Shown here: positions 30,873 through 44,000 of the stretch, in pieces | Layout: each line of letters starts with the position of its first letter | How positions within the stretch are numbered: the first letter of the stretch is position 1 | NCBI GenBank assembly: GCA_951406725.2 | Contig: OX597815.1 | Span: 64,542,001 to 64,606,000, forward strand | Length of the DNA: 64,000 bases | From: Octopus vulgaris | Taxonomy: Eukaryota | Direction: 5' to 3' | The notes under the pieces: model-generated | The model's input: only the letters and a program-made list of their open reading frames with translations | The model's database searches: none | Told to the model about the DNA's origin: nothing | Position numbers and translations under genes: made by a program

Positions 30873-31349
30873 AAATACGTAACAGATAACTAAAGCAAAA
30901 TTTACGAATCGCTTCTTCTGTATGTTTCCTTTTATTTATAAACATCAACATTAACTTAGAAAAAGATATCACTCTCTAAGTTGGTCCCTTGCGTATATAA
31001 ATCGCAAAGCTTGCTTAGACGGTTTCTTTCATTTCTAGTTAATCGATAAAAGATATAGAAGAAAAATATAGTTTGATTGAGTCTAAATTGCCTGGCATAT
31101 TTCTCTTCACAAAAAGTGTCCTTTGTTAGTGGAAAGAAATTATTTTTGTCAAAGTAAAGACGAAGGAGATTGTGTTGACTTGCAAAGATCCGACTTCCCA
31201 ATTCTGGAAACCAAGTTGAATGGTGTAGTAGTTATTATTGAATTAGGATGTATATCGTTGTATTACGTAATTACGTCAAGTAGAGTTATGTAGCATTATG
31301 GGTAATATGATTGTATTAGGGCAGCTAGTATCATATACAATTATTGTTA

Positions 31350-31726
31350 TGAAAGAAGAAAGGAAGGAAGGAAGGAAAGAAGGAAGGAAAGGACAACTGA
31401 CTGGAATTGAGAAGGTGAAAGGAACGAAGGAAACGAAGGAAGGAAGGAGAGAGGAAAGGGAAGAAAGAAGAAAAACAGATGGGAGGATGCTGGGAAAGAA
31501 AACTTGAAGAAAACAAAGGAAAAAGAGAAAGGAGAATGTGAAACAAGTGGCAGCAAGAGAGAAAGAGAGCATCAAGAGGAGAGAGAAAATGAAAGAAAGA
31601 CTGAATGAAAACATAAAAAGAATGACTGAATGAAGGAAAAACTAAAAATTAATAGTTTTGTTTAAATGTAATGAACTACTTATATACAAACAGAAAAAAA
31701 AACAAAGAAAGAAACAGAAAGAAAGT

Positions 31727-31757
<31 letters not shown>

Positions 31758-32518
31758 ACGAAAGAAAGAAAGAAAGAAGGAAAGAAATGAACACGCAAAA
31801 ACAAAGGAACAAAAACGAAAAAACGAAAGAAAGAAAGAAAGAAGGAAAGAAAGGTCAACAACTGATGACGATGTAAAGGCGAAAGGACAGAAGAAAACCG
31901 AACTTAGGGAAAAGAAAAGAAGGGAAGGAAAATTGAGGAGAGAGTTAGGAAAGAATACAAAGGAAGAGTGAAAATTGGAATGTAAAAGATATATAGAGAT
32001 AGCAAGAGCTAAAGAGAACATCTAGAGAAGAAATAAAGAAAGAAATGAAAGAATGAATGAAAAATGTTGAGAAGGAAGAAATTTATTAGGAAAAAATAGA
32101 AATTGTAATATTGGTTTCAAATTACGGTTCAAGGACAGCAACTTTGGAGTAGGGATTAAGTCGATCAAATCGATCACCAGTACTCGACTGGTATTTATTT
32201 TATCGACCCTGAAAGTATAAAATCGACCTCGGCGGTATTTGAACTCAGAAAGTAACAACGGACGAAATGCCGCTAAACGTTCTGCCAGCACGTCGCCCTA
32301 AGAAATGGCAATAAAGAGAAAAAACACAAAAAGGCAAATTGAAAGAAAAATGAAGGAAACACACAAAAGATGACAAATATTGATGACGGTAAGAAGAAAG
32401 AAAGAAAAAGGAAGGAAGGAAAAAGAAAGAAGGAAGGGAAGGAAGAGAAACACAGACAAGAAAGAGCGAAGAAGAAATTAATGAAAAGCGGTAGGCAAGA
32501 ATATATAGAGACAAGAGT

Positions 32519-32585
<67 letters not shown>

Positions 32586-32729
32586 CAAGAAAAGAAGAAA
32601 TAAAGAAAATTTTTAAATGGATGAATAAACCAATGAATGAATGAATGAATGAAAAATTAAAGAAATTTCTTTGAAACAAAAGAAATACTAATATAGGAAA
32701 AGAAACGCAATTAAAAAAAACGGAAAATA

Positions 32730-32767
<38 letters not shown>

Positions 32768-32930
32768 AAAAAGAAAGAAAGAAATCGTAAAACTAGAAAA
32801 ACAGTGTAAAAGATTTGCAAAAATAAACCAAGACAAGTATAAAGACGAATGACAGAGATGGGGGAGAGATACAAAATTAAAGAATGAAAGAAAGCAAAGA
32901 AAAAAAAAGAACGAACGAAAGAATGAGATA
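31350..32930. repeat. Purine-rich (GAAA/GGAA/GA)n low-complexity tract
   Basis: Directly visible. Interrupted by a SINE at 32110-32295. Confidence 0.9.
32110..32295 (-). mobile_element. SINE family 2
   Basis: Reverse complement of GCTGGCAGAACGTTTAGCGGCATTTCGTC...GAGTTCAAATACCGCCGAGGTCGA. Confidence 0.85.
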
Positions 32931-33292
32931 ATTCAATTGTAAGCGGTTCTCTAAGAGACGATCAACAGACTGAGTGTGCGTGCTAAGGCGAGATTCCATT
33001 ATAGCAATGTCTTCTACGAGAGAACAACAATACAACGGAAAAATTTAGACGAAAGATTTCGGTCTCCTTATTTTCCAGGACTGTATATATTTCATTGGAG
33101 AGTTTTCTGGAATAGAGCGGTATAAAAAAGTAACAAAAAGAAACTAAAGAATCGAAAGAAGGAAGAAAAGAAAGCAATGTCGTGGAGGAATGATGTAAAC
33201 AACGAGCGGGGAAGTGATTGTGGAGGGAATGGAGTGGAAGACATGATGCTGGAAGGGGAGAAAAAATAACAGGAAAAGTAGACAATATACAA

Positions 33293-33323
<31 letters not shown>

Positions 33324-33327
33324 TACA

Positions 33328-33389
<62 letters not shown>

Positions 33390-33669
33390 CATATATATAC
33401 ATATATGTATGTATATATGCATATATATGTATATATGCATATATATATACATATATATACATATAAGTATGTATATATGCATATATATATGTATGTATGT
33501 ATATGTATATGTTTTGTAAATATTTTATGTACATTTTGTTTTAGACGTTTTATGTTGGATGATGAAAAGTAGAGGAAATTTGGAAGAGCAGCAGAAGGAA
33601 GAAGGATTACACACATACATACCCATATACACAAACTCACACACACGCATATATATACATACATATATT

Positions 33670-33718
<49 letters not shown>

Positions 33719-33744
33719 AAATACATATAAATATACAAATACAT

Positions 33745-33865
<121 letters not shown>

Positions 33866-34499
33866 TGTGTTTGTATATATACATATGTTTACACTCGGTT
33901 ATTTATATTGAGATATATGTATGTGTATGTGTATGATAATATACATATATATTCATTTGTAGACATCCATTCGCAGAGGTTGAAATATTTTAAACTAACC
34001 TAAGGGGAAACCTGTGAAAACAACTTCGAATATTCGTTTATTACACTCTTTCCCAGACTGAGTTATGTTATTTTAGGTATCAGTTATATTCTAGGGTTCA
34101 TCTTATTGATGGGATATAATCAATGTCATGTAGACGTAAATTATTTAGTAGTTGTCTTTGCAGTAAAGAATTGGGATAATTACAAATTATTATCAGTAGA
34201 GTATGTGAGTGGACGACACACACCTTCATTCACTCTATCTATATTTCTCACCCTCTGTCTCTCACATACACATGCGAAAGCACGCACATTCTCACGCACG
34301 CACACACACAGATACACACACACACGTCCCTTTCATATAGACGTGCATAGGTCTTTCACTTTCTTTCTCTATTCTTTTCGGTTTATCCTTCAATTTCTGC
34401 TCTCTTGAAATAAACTTTTACGGATACAACTACTTACAAAAATAGGGATTAATATGGAATTTCTTTCTATGTTCATAACTTTTTGTTTACAATATTGAG

Positions 34500-35464
34500 A
34501 AAAATATGCCACCAAAGAAAAGACGTAATCACTCCAGATACAAGTACAAAGCAAGGAGGATTGTAGAAAACCGAAGGCGAGAGTCTGAAGATAGAAGCTA
34601 GATGAGATTTTCTCAACATCAGGAAACGCATGTGGCAATACTTAATGCTGGATCATTAAATCAATGTTTTAATGATTAGAGGTCCAATAGAATAGCTCTC
34701 ACAAACAGACTACTTACAAATTCGTTCTTCACAACTTCTGAAGCTGTTTTCAGATATGATCCATCCTATTCTTATAAAAATAATAACTCTGTCCAAATTG
34801 GTGCGCTAAACACAAATTTTCTTTTCTGAAGAGCTTTAAAATTTTCAAATGAAACAAATGGTATGTGCTGCTCAGGCGGTCAGGTAACATTGCCACCGCT
34901 ATCAGCACCTTCTCAACCTCTTATGGATCTTCTAGAAGGCATATCCATCCAGTCAAAGGATTTTCTGAACAATATCAGACAATTCAATTCTGCAAATGAC
35001 ATCATTTGGTGCATCTAAGAAGATAGATAAACATGAATTTACGACGACGTCAAAGTTCAAGGGCAAGTCTATCACCTCATTGGTTCCCTGTTACCCATAA
35101 ATGAACAACCACAGTTCCTCCAAATTTACTTTATGAGTGATGTAGGACACCAAACCCGAAGGAGGTGTCGACATTTCAGATGATAAGTCGTGTTAGACAC
35201 AGCGCCGACTGCTGCAAAAGAGAATATATCTACTGACATCTTCTCGGTGCGTTCAAACATCACATAACCCCCACAGGTTAGGGCCTGAAATACTCCAAAC
35301 AGACGCATAGTAAGTTACTTAGTCGAATTAGCCCATAATTTACTCCACAAATGCTTTTTTGTTAATGCTGCACTTTTACTATATTACCTGTTTCAACATA
35401 ACTGTAATATATTAAATACAAACTATGCCATTTTAATCCCGAGCAACGCCGGGTGTCTCTGCTA

Positions 35465-35465
<1 letters not shown>
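34500..35465 (+). mobile_element. Internally deleted Helitron (RepHel N-terminus + canonical 3' end)
   Basis: MPPKKR...FRYDP..Y...VQIG...ALKF..E..GMCCSGGQVTLPPL...FLNNIRQFNSA...MTSFGA...KVQGQVYHLIGSLLP...FLQIYF. 3' hairpin CCCGAGCAACGCCGGG (35438-35453), then CTAG (35462-35465) followed by T. The 5' TC end was not located. Confidence 0.85.
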
Positions 35466-35526
<61 letters not shown>

Positions 35527-35573
35527 ATATACACAGACACGAAGACACACACGTAGATATGTGTGTGTGTGTT

Positions 35574-35733
35574 CGACGGGCTTCTTACAGTTTCCGTTTA
35601 CCAAATCCACTCACAAGGTTTTGGTCGGCCCGAGGACATAGAAGACACGTACCAAAGATGTCACACATTAAGACTGAACCTAGCACCGTGTGGTTGGGAA
35701 GCAAGCTTGTTATCATACAGCCATGCCTGCGCC
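35574..35733 (-). mobile_element. SINE family 1, 5' half
   Basis: Reverse complement of the GGCGCAGGCATGGCTGT...GAAGCCCGTCG head. Confidence 0.85.
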
Positions 35734-36859
35734 TTTGTATAGATATATGAGAATTTGTTTGGGGGTTTGAAAATGCACCTGAATCGGTAAAACGTGTAGT
35801 CGTTTTCAATTCACATACCAAACTAGCTTCGCCAATTTTTTGCTTATCAACGGCACAAATATATAAAGAATGAAAGTGGGGTGGGAGAGTTTGAAATCAC
35901 AAGGTAAAAATTGGACTAACATGTTTAAACCATTAAGCGTTCAAATATTCACAGAAATTTCGATGACTTTCACAGGGATAAATAGCACTATCAATGTAAA
36001 TGTTCGGCGAAGACCATAACAAATGTACCATATTGAAAGTTCAATCATATTGAGTTTTTATAAAATAAATGAAAGAGAAAGAGAAAAAGATGGAGAGAAA
36101 GAAAAAAGAAAAGTTCTTTTACTATTTCTGTAGTGGTTGGTGTAGTTCTTGTTTTCAACTTCAGCTTCAGTGCACTGGTCTCTTTACCTTTCACAGTTTG
36201 ATGGAACTGGAAGTACTTCGGGTTCAACCTTTTAGTATATATACGTTTTTACGGCAAACAATCTAATTTTTGATTGGTTACAATTTTAATGACGTCTTAT
36301 TCATTTCTCGTGGATGTTTTGGTCAAAGTATTTTTGTTTTAGCAAAGTTTAGTGCTTTGGTTGGTTGACTTCCTGGTAACGACCACGGCCAAAGAACACG
36401 TTCTGATTGGTTGTAGGCTTCGTGACGTCACTTTATTTTGATCAAAAATATTTTGTTTTGGAAAAAATATTTTCATTTTCGTAAAGCTCGGCGTTCTGCT
36501 TTGTTGACTTCCTAGTTTTTGCCTGATGGTCATCTAGCGTTCCGGTTGGTTAGTTCCCTTAAGAAGTCTCTGTTTTTTTTTTCCAGAGTGTCCGGTTATA
36601 ACCAGAGGAAAAATTTCATTGGTTTCAGAATGAGTGTGGTGTTATAATTATTTGGAGTTGGGGTTTCGAATCCTTGGGGGAGCCTGTTACTTAAAATTTT
36701 CGAATTATATCTGTTGTCTCTGGTTGTTTTTCGTGGAAAAATTGCGCTTTCTCTTTACAGGAAATTTAGTTGCAGTTTGTATATCCTGAAGACATCAAAG
36801 TCCCGCAGAGAACAATGCCCCACATACATCAATTCCCCGCAGACATAAATCCGAAATAC

Positions 36860-37530
36860 TATATTGTCCTTCTATCAATGCACCGGAAACACTTCAACCC
36901 AACACCGAATGAATAAAGCACGCTCATTAAAAAATACATTATTGGAAGGTAAGAAATTTGTCGGCAAAATTTTCTTCGATACATCCTTCAAAGACGACAC
37001 CGATCGTTTTTTGTTAACCATTCTGGAATTCCTTCTGCTCCGTCAAATAATACATTAAATTGATCTGCAATCAAGTTATGACACCTGCTAAACGTTTTTG
37101 TCCAAAATCCCTGTACACCAACAGGTCCTTTTGCTTTCTTTTTGCTAACATTTCTGCTCATCTTTTTGTTCATATTACTGTCCTCGGTAAAAAGGATATC
37201 TTCTTGTTGGGGATAAGCTGTTCGCTTCAGACTGCAGAGTCATCCAGCCCCAGTATTGTGTTGTTCGTGCTTACCCCAAAACTGTCAATTTTGTTTTGCA
37301 TCAGAAATTAATCTTTCGCGTGCTAAATCATCATTAATTTCTTGGTAGATTCATTTTTGTCGATTCTAAACAATCGGTTTTGCTGCTATTGATTAATCCG
37401 TTGCTCAAACCTCGTTAGTTTTGCTTTCTTGGCAAGTATGCGCTACTTCAGCTCTTCAATCACAACATTCAGTCCTTTTGTATCAACACCATTTTTCTTC
37501 AATTTTTCAAATTTACGATCATTTTTCAAA
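36860..37530 (-). mobile_element. R4/Dong-like LINE remnant (pre-RT region and RT start)
   Basis: EELK*RILAKKAKLTRFEQRINQ*QQNRLF and KAKGPVGVQGFWTK...IPEWLTK...KD. It abuts (TAT)n at 37531. Confidence 0.78.
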
Positions 37531-38845
37531 TATTATTATTATTATTGTTTTTCTTGCTGTTATTCCTTTCTTTTGAAAAGTTAGTAGTTAACAATTTTTT
37601 GTTGCACATGTACAACATTATTCCAGATACTTTTTCTCAGCTGTATATCTCGAGATGAAAATATAATTTTCTTTAAAATTGTTCTAGTCTTAGATAATCC
37701 ATATCCTTAGTAAGAAATCTGATTTGGGATTTTACTGTAAAGCAAGCATTTTTTTTACTTCTTTTTACTTTTTTCTTGATAGAGTCATACTTTCCTTTTG
37801 TTAAACCAATGCACTATTCTATTTCTTCCTTCATTCTTTCATTATTTTGTGGTTAATGGAATAAAAAATCTCTATTCTTGCAATATAACGCCGACGAACA
37901 GTAACGTGCAATTCTTTTGATTTTTTTTATATGTATATCTTTTGTCCAACTGTTTGTTCTTTATTTTATTTTCTTGCTTTGACTAGATCCTCTCAATTAC
38001 AGACAATTGGCAGATGAACGAAGGATAGAAATCGTTTCGTTTCTATAACAGAAGATTCCAGCTTCTAATCCCCTAGGCCACATTTTATACTATTTTGGTG
38101 GAGCTTAAACTGTTCCTAATTGAAATAGTTGCTTGTATATTCTGAGATTGATATTACACAGTTTCTTTGTTTCACGTAATTTCCGTTTTTGTCCAGTAAA
38201 TTAGTTGTTTAATGACTGAACTTTATTTTTGTTAAACATTGTTGTGTTTATCAAACATTTTTCATTAGGACGAAGAAAGATTGACAGAGAGGGGGAGAGG
38301 GACGGAAGCTGGTGCGTAGAAACATGTTATTTGTTTTATCTTTGTGAAAAATCTCTATTTTAGTTTAGCTTGTATTAATGAACAAAATCAGAATATGGCA
38401 ACATTATGGATTTAATTAATTTATTCACACTTTACATCATCATCTTGCAATTTTCTCTAAAAAGAAATAAAATTTTAAAGTATTCTAAAAATACGACTAT
38501 GTTTAAACGAAAGAAGAGATAGCATAGAAAATCCGTTAAAATATAAAACAAATATAAAGAGGGAAGTGTTGCTATAACCAGGTTGTTGTCTCCTCGGTGA
38601 ACGAAGTTTTAAATATATAATTTACTAACTGAACTCAAAGACTTCGAATGAAATATCCAGTCATTAAACACAACCAAATGCTGACGCAGAATTTTATATC
38701 GAAACTTATGGACTGGTGATCAAATATTATATCTACCTATTTTTAAGCGCATATACAAAATGCACACACACCCATACACACAGACATACACGCACACACA
38801 CACATTATATATGTATTTACATATGTATGTATGTATGTAAGTATG

Positions 38846-38879
<34 letters not shown>

Positions 38880-38924
38880 TGCTTGTATGTATGTATGTAT
38901 GTATGTATGTATGTATGTATGTAT

Positions 38925-39300
38925 ACAGGTTGTTTGGATTAAATTTGACGCTGTTTTATGTCTAGTTATTTTCCAGAACTGCTTTGATGTATTAGAGAAC
39001 AATCAGTGGCGTTGGAAAGATTAATATTAAAGTTGTAGTTGAAAAAAGTTAGCTGTCATGGAGTGGACTGGGGGCCATCTGAATATTAGAAAAGAGTTAC
39101 ATGTATCATGATGATTCGAGCCGGGTATCAAAATATCAACATCATGACTGCTGCTCAATACTCTGTGAACACTGTAAAGTCTGTATAGACATGACAAGAA
39201 CAGCTGCGATGGAGACACCAGTAAGGGTGACTTTATGCCACCCAACATCTTTGAACAGGGACTTAAGCACGATTCAAACAGCTATGAGAAGCTGCTGAAC
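38925..39300 (+). mobile_element. DD37D-type transposon fragment
   Basis: TA-CAGGTTG...TAAATTTGAC terminus and the transposase motif GDFMPPNIFEQGLK..NSYEKLL. Confidence 0.55.
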
Positions 39301-39302
39301 AT

Positions 39303-39620
39303 TGTTCGCTTCAGACTGCAGAGCCAGCATTGGGCAGTTCTTGTTTACACCATATTCCACCCCAAAACTGTTAACTTTCATTTGCATCAGGAATTAATCT
39401 TTTGCATGCTAAATCATCATTAATTTCTTTGATAAGTTATTTTTTGGTCGATTCTAAACGGTCGGTTTTCCCGCTGTTGATTATTCCGTCGCTCAAACCT
39501 CGTTAGTTTTGCTTTCTTGGTAAGTATGTTCTGCTTCAGCTCTTCAATCACAACATTCAGTCCTTTTGTGTCAACACCATACTTCTTCAGTTTTTCAAAT
39601 TTACATTCATTCTTCAATTA
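39303..39620 (-). mobile_element. Second R4/Dong-like fragment, paralogous to 37217-37530
   Basis: KFEKLKKYGVDTKGLNVVIEELKQNILTKKAKLTRFERRNNQQRENRPF. Confidence 0.78.
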
Positions 39621-39984
39621 TTATTCCTCCAGCAATCCTCTCCAACCCTGATTGAAGAGGATTGCTGCAGGAATGCTATATGTGTGTGGTCGCAGGATTC
39701 GAATTATTGTCATACTTACAGAAGAAGTCAGAAGTGGTTGTTGGAGAATTACTTCGATTTCACCAGCCTCAATTTCTGGAGCGGTCTTGAGGCCCTGGTG
39801 GAAGCTGAGGGAGTAAATAGTTATCTCCTAGTCATAATCTAGTTGATTTTTTTTTGTTTTAAAATACCTTTATTTTGGGATGGGATATTGAATTTTCTTT
39901 TCGCAAGCTGTCAAATTTAGCCCAATATGTATATGTATATACATAAACACACACACCGATACACACACACAAGAATTTAATTTC

Positions 39985-40066
<82 letters not shown>

Positions 40067-40067
<1 letters not shown>

Positions 40068-40469
40068 TTTTACTCTTTTATTTGTTTCAGTCATTTGACT
40101 GTGGCCATGCTTGAGCACCGCCTTTAGTCGAGTAAATCGACCCCAGAACTTATTCTTTGTAAGCCTAGTACTTATTCTATCGGTCTCTCTTGCCGAACTG
40201 CTAGGTGACGGGGACGGAAACACACCAGCATCGGTTGTCAAGCGATGTTGGGGGGACAAACACAGACACACAAACACATACATATATATGTATATATACA
40301 TATATACGACGGGCTTCTTTTAGTTTCCGTCTGCCAGATCCACTCACAAGGCTTTGGTCGGCCCGAGGCTATAGTAGAAGACATTTGCTCAAGGTGCCAC
40401 GCAGTGGGACTGAACCCGGAACCATATGGTTGGTAAGCAAGCTACTTACCACACAGCTACTCCTATGCC
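40067..40469 (-). mobile_element. SINE family 1, full length
   Basis: High-identity reverse complement of 48689-49168. Confidence 0.93.
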
Positions 40470-40477
40470 TATATATA

Positions 40478-40510
<33 letters not shown>

Positions 40511-40544
40511 ATACACACACAAGAATTTAATATCCAAGGATTTA

Positions 40545-41015
40545 ATTTCTTCCTTTCTCTTCTGGTGGCTTCAAATTATTTGGTTCCGATGGTGATGAAA
40601 TACCACCAGTTGGTACGCTCACGGGTTTGTGTTTCAAACTATTTAGGTTGAAATTCAGCAGCTACAGGTGTTATTTTGAGTTGGTCCTAGTACTTTCAAA
40701 GAGGACCACCTCTGGTCTTTTCCCTGAAGTAAGCTCGCTTCATAAGTCTTTACGTGGGAACATTGCCTCTTCCATTTTTACTACATGTCCTGATCATCAA
40801 AGACAGAGTTTCATGGTCAGCGATTCATTGCCTTGACTGTTAGCTCAGTCCAGCTGGTGAAAGCGTTCTAATTTTTGGATGTCGCGTCGAAATAGCGTCC
40901 AGGATTCGCTGCCATATAGAAAGGTTGAAATGACAGCATTATAGAGCATAATTGTTGTTGCTAAGTATAGATTTTTGCTGTTGAAGTCGCGTTTGATTAG
41001 CTTTCGAAATGGCCC
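40545..41015 (-). mobile_element. RTE-clade LINE 3' remnant
   Basis: LYNAVISTFLYGSESWTL...KLERFHQ...ELTSGKRP.GGP..KY.DQLK...RTNW. Confidence 0.82.
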
Positions 41016-41039
41016 GTGTGCAATTTCAATTATGTGTTT

Positions 41040-44000
41040 CTCACCATTTTCTGAGGTTCATTTGTTTGATAAAAAGCTGGGATGTTAAGTATTTTAATTT
41101 GTGATGAGAAAGATGAAAGGATTTTGTAGTGCCTTTGGATTTTGGATTTTGGATTACACATATTTCGAAACAGATGTTGAGTTTCTTATTTTATTATAGA
41201 AAATGAATGTTTATATGATGATATTTCAAAATCCATATATATTCCGACGAAGATGTTCAGTGTTTTAATTTATGATTAAGAAATGAACTTTTTGCGATGA
41301 CACGTTTGGATTTAAATTTCGATACTTATTCCGAATGAGTTGTAGTGAGTTTTAACTCAAACGAGTCTTCAACAACTAACGTCTGAAAATAGCAACAAAA
41401 AGTATGGTTTATAATGCTGTTGTCATTTCAACCTTACTCTATGGCAGCAAATTTTGGACTCTGAAATTAGAACGCTTTCATCAGCAAAAGCTTCGATCAA
41501 TCTTGGACATCAAATGGGAACACCATGTAACCAACAACAATGTCCTGGAAAGAGCTAACAGTCAAGGCAATGAATCGCTGATCATGAAACATTGTCTTTA
41601 GATGGTCAGAACATGTAGCAAAAATGGAAGAGGCGATGTTCCCGCGTCAAGTTTTATTCAGCGAGCTTACTTCAAAGATACTAGGACCAACCAAAATAAC
41701 ACCGAACGCAACTGGATTTGAGCCTAAATCGTTTGAAACACAAATCCGAGAGCGTACCAACTGGTGATATTCCATCACCATTGGAACCAATATTTTGACG
41801 CCACCAGAAGGCAAAGGAAGAAATCAAACGACCAGAGAAAGGCTCCTCAATTTGAAAATAAATGTTCATCTGATAATTCCTCCTCATATGTGATTCTAAA
41901 TATATTTCAAAATATATGCTGCATATTGTCATTAATGATTTGATAAGGAAAAACTATGGTATGATTCATGCTGAATTCGGATGCCATATAATATTCCGAA
42001 AGAGATGTAGAAATTGTATATTTTATCAGAAAATTATTGTTTATGTATTGATATTTTTTATTAAACACTTCACATATCTTTAGAAAGAGGTGTTGGAATT
42101 TATGGAGAGAAAATGATTGTTCATGTGAGAATATTTGGTATTTATGATTCCATATATATATATTCTGACCAAGATGCTGAGTTTTCATTTATAAATAGCT
42201 TGAAAATGATTTTTTTATGAAACCTTTGTTCTTAAGATTCCATATATATTCCAAAACGATAATGGTGTTTAAACTCTTGATCAGTAAATAAAATGTTTAT
42301 GATCATGCATTTGGGTTTAATATTCCATATATATTACCAGACAATTGTTGATTATTATAATTTATTATTAGATAATAAATGCCTATTTGAGGATACATAT
42401 TATTTACAATACCAAATATAATCGGCAAGGTATATTAAGAGTTGTATATAATTATCAGAAAGTATGTGGTTATGCATTCGCGTTTCATACTTCATATGTG
42501 GTCCAAAGTAGAGTTGAGTATTTTAATTTATGATTAGAAAGTGAATGATTTTGTGATCATACCATATATTTCGAAAAAGATGCTGCATAGTCAGATTTAG
42601 GATTTGAAAGTAAATGCATAAAACGATTACAAAAGGAATAACTATGTTGTTGTACATTCTGATTTCAGACCCTATATATATATATTCTAAAAGAAATGCT
42701 GGAGAGTTTTAATTATGGTTATAATATGAATGTTAATATGTTGATATTTTTTATCTTAGATTTAAATATACTTCGAAAATTATGTAGTGTTTTCATTTAT
42801 GATGTGAAAAGAGATACTACAATTTCTGTTTACAATTCCATATAAATATTGACCGAGATGTTGAGTGTAAAAATTTATGTTTAGAAAATTTATATTTAAT
42901 CGTTCTTACTTTTGAATCTAATATTCCATATGCATTTCGAAAGAGATGCTGAACGCTTTAATTTATAAGTAAAAAGCAACGTTTTGTGATAATACCGTAA
43001 AATTTCATACACCATATTTATACCGATAGAGGTCTTTATCTTTTATCTTTAACTCTTTTCAGTCATTACATTGCAGTCACGCTGGAGCAACAGCTTGAAT
43101 ACTTTTAGTCGAACGAATCGACCCCAGAACTTATTTCCTTTTAAGGCTGATACTTAATCTATTTGTACCATACATATTCTGAAATCGATGTTGTATAAAT
43201 TCTTATGCAATTAGGAAATGGATGATAGTGTGATGCTATCCTCGGATTTAAGATTTCATATATATGGACGTTCAATGTTTTAATATTAGATAAGAAAATT
43301 AATGTTCTGTGGTGATACCTTTATACTTCAGACGCATATATTTTCCGAAAACGATACGTTGTTATGGTGATACATTTCCACTTAAAATTCCGTATATATT
43401 CCTAAAGAGATGTAGAATGTTTTAATTTATGATCCGAAGATTACTGAATTTGGATTTTAAATTCCATATAACAGGTCTTCTGTTATTTAATTTCAGATTT
43501 GGAAATAAAAGCCAATGTGATGATTACTTTTTATTTAAGATTTCAAATATAAACAGAAATTATGTTGAGTGATTTATTTTAAGTTTAGAAACTGAATAAC
43601 TATATGTTGATACATTTTGCTTTCAGGTTTCATATACATTCTAGAACAGATGTTGGTTCTTTTCATTTGTGATTAAGAAATGCATGTCAATATCTTGATA
43701 CTTTTCTATTTAAGATTTCATAAATAGGGAGATTAAATGTTTATATTTATGCTGACAAAATGAAAGTTTATCTTATTTTGTATTTAAGGTTCCATGTATA
43801 TTTCCAAAGTGCTGTTAAGATTTAGAAAATGAATGTTTATACGAAGATATTTAGTATTTTTGATTCCATATATATTCTGATAGAGATGATGAATGTTTGG
43901 ATTTCTGATTAAACTATTGATGCTTTAGGGTGGATAAATCACAGATATTTCAAAATCGACGTTGCGATTTAAATCTTTTATTAGAAAATATTTCCATTGT

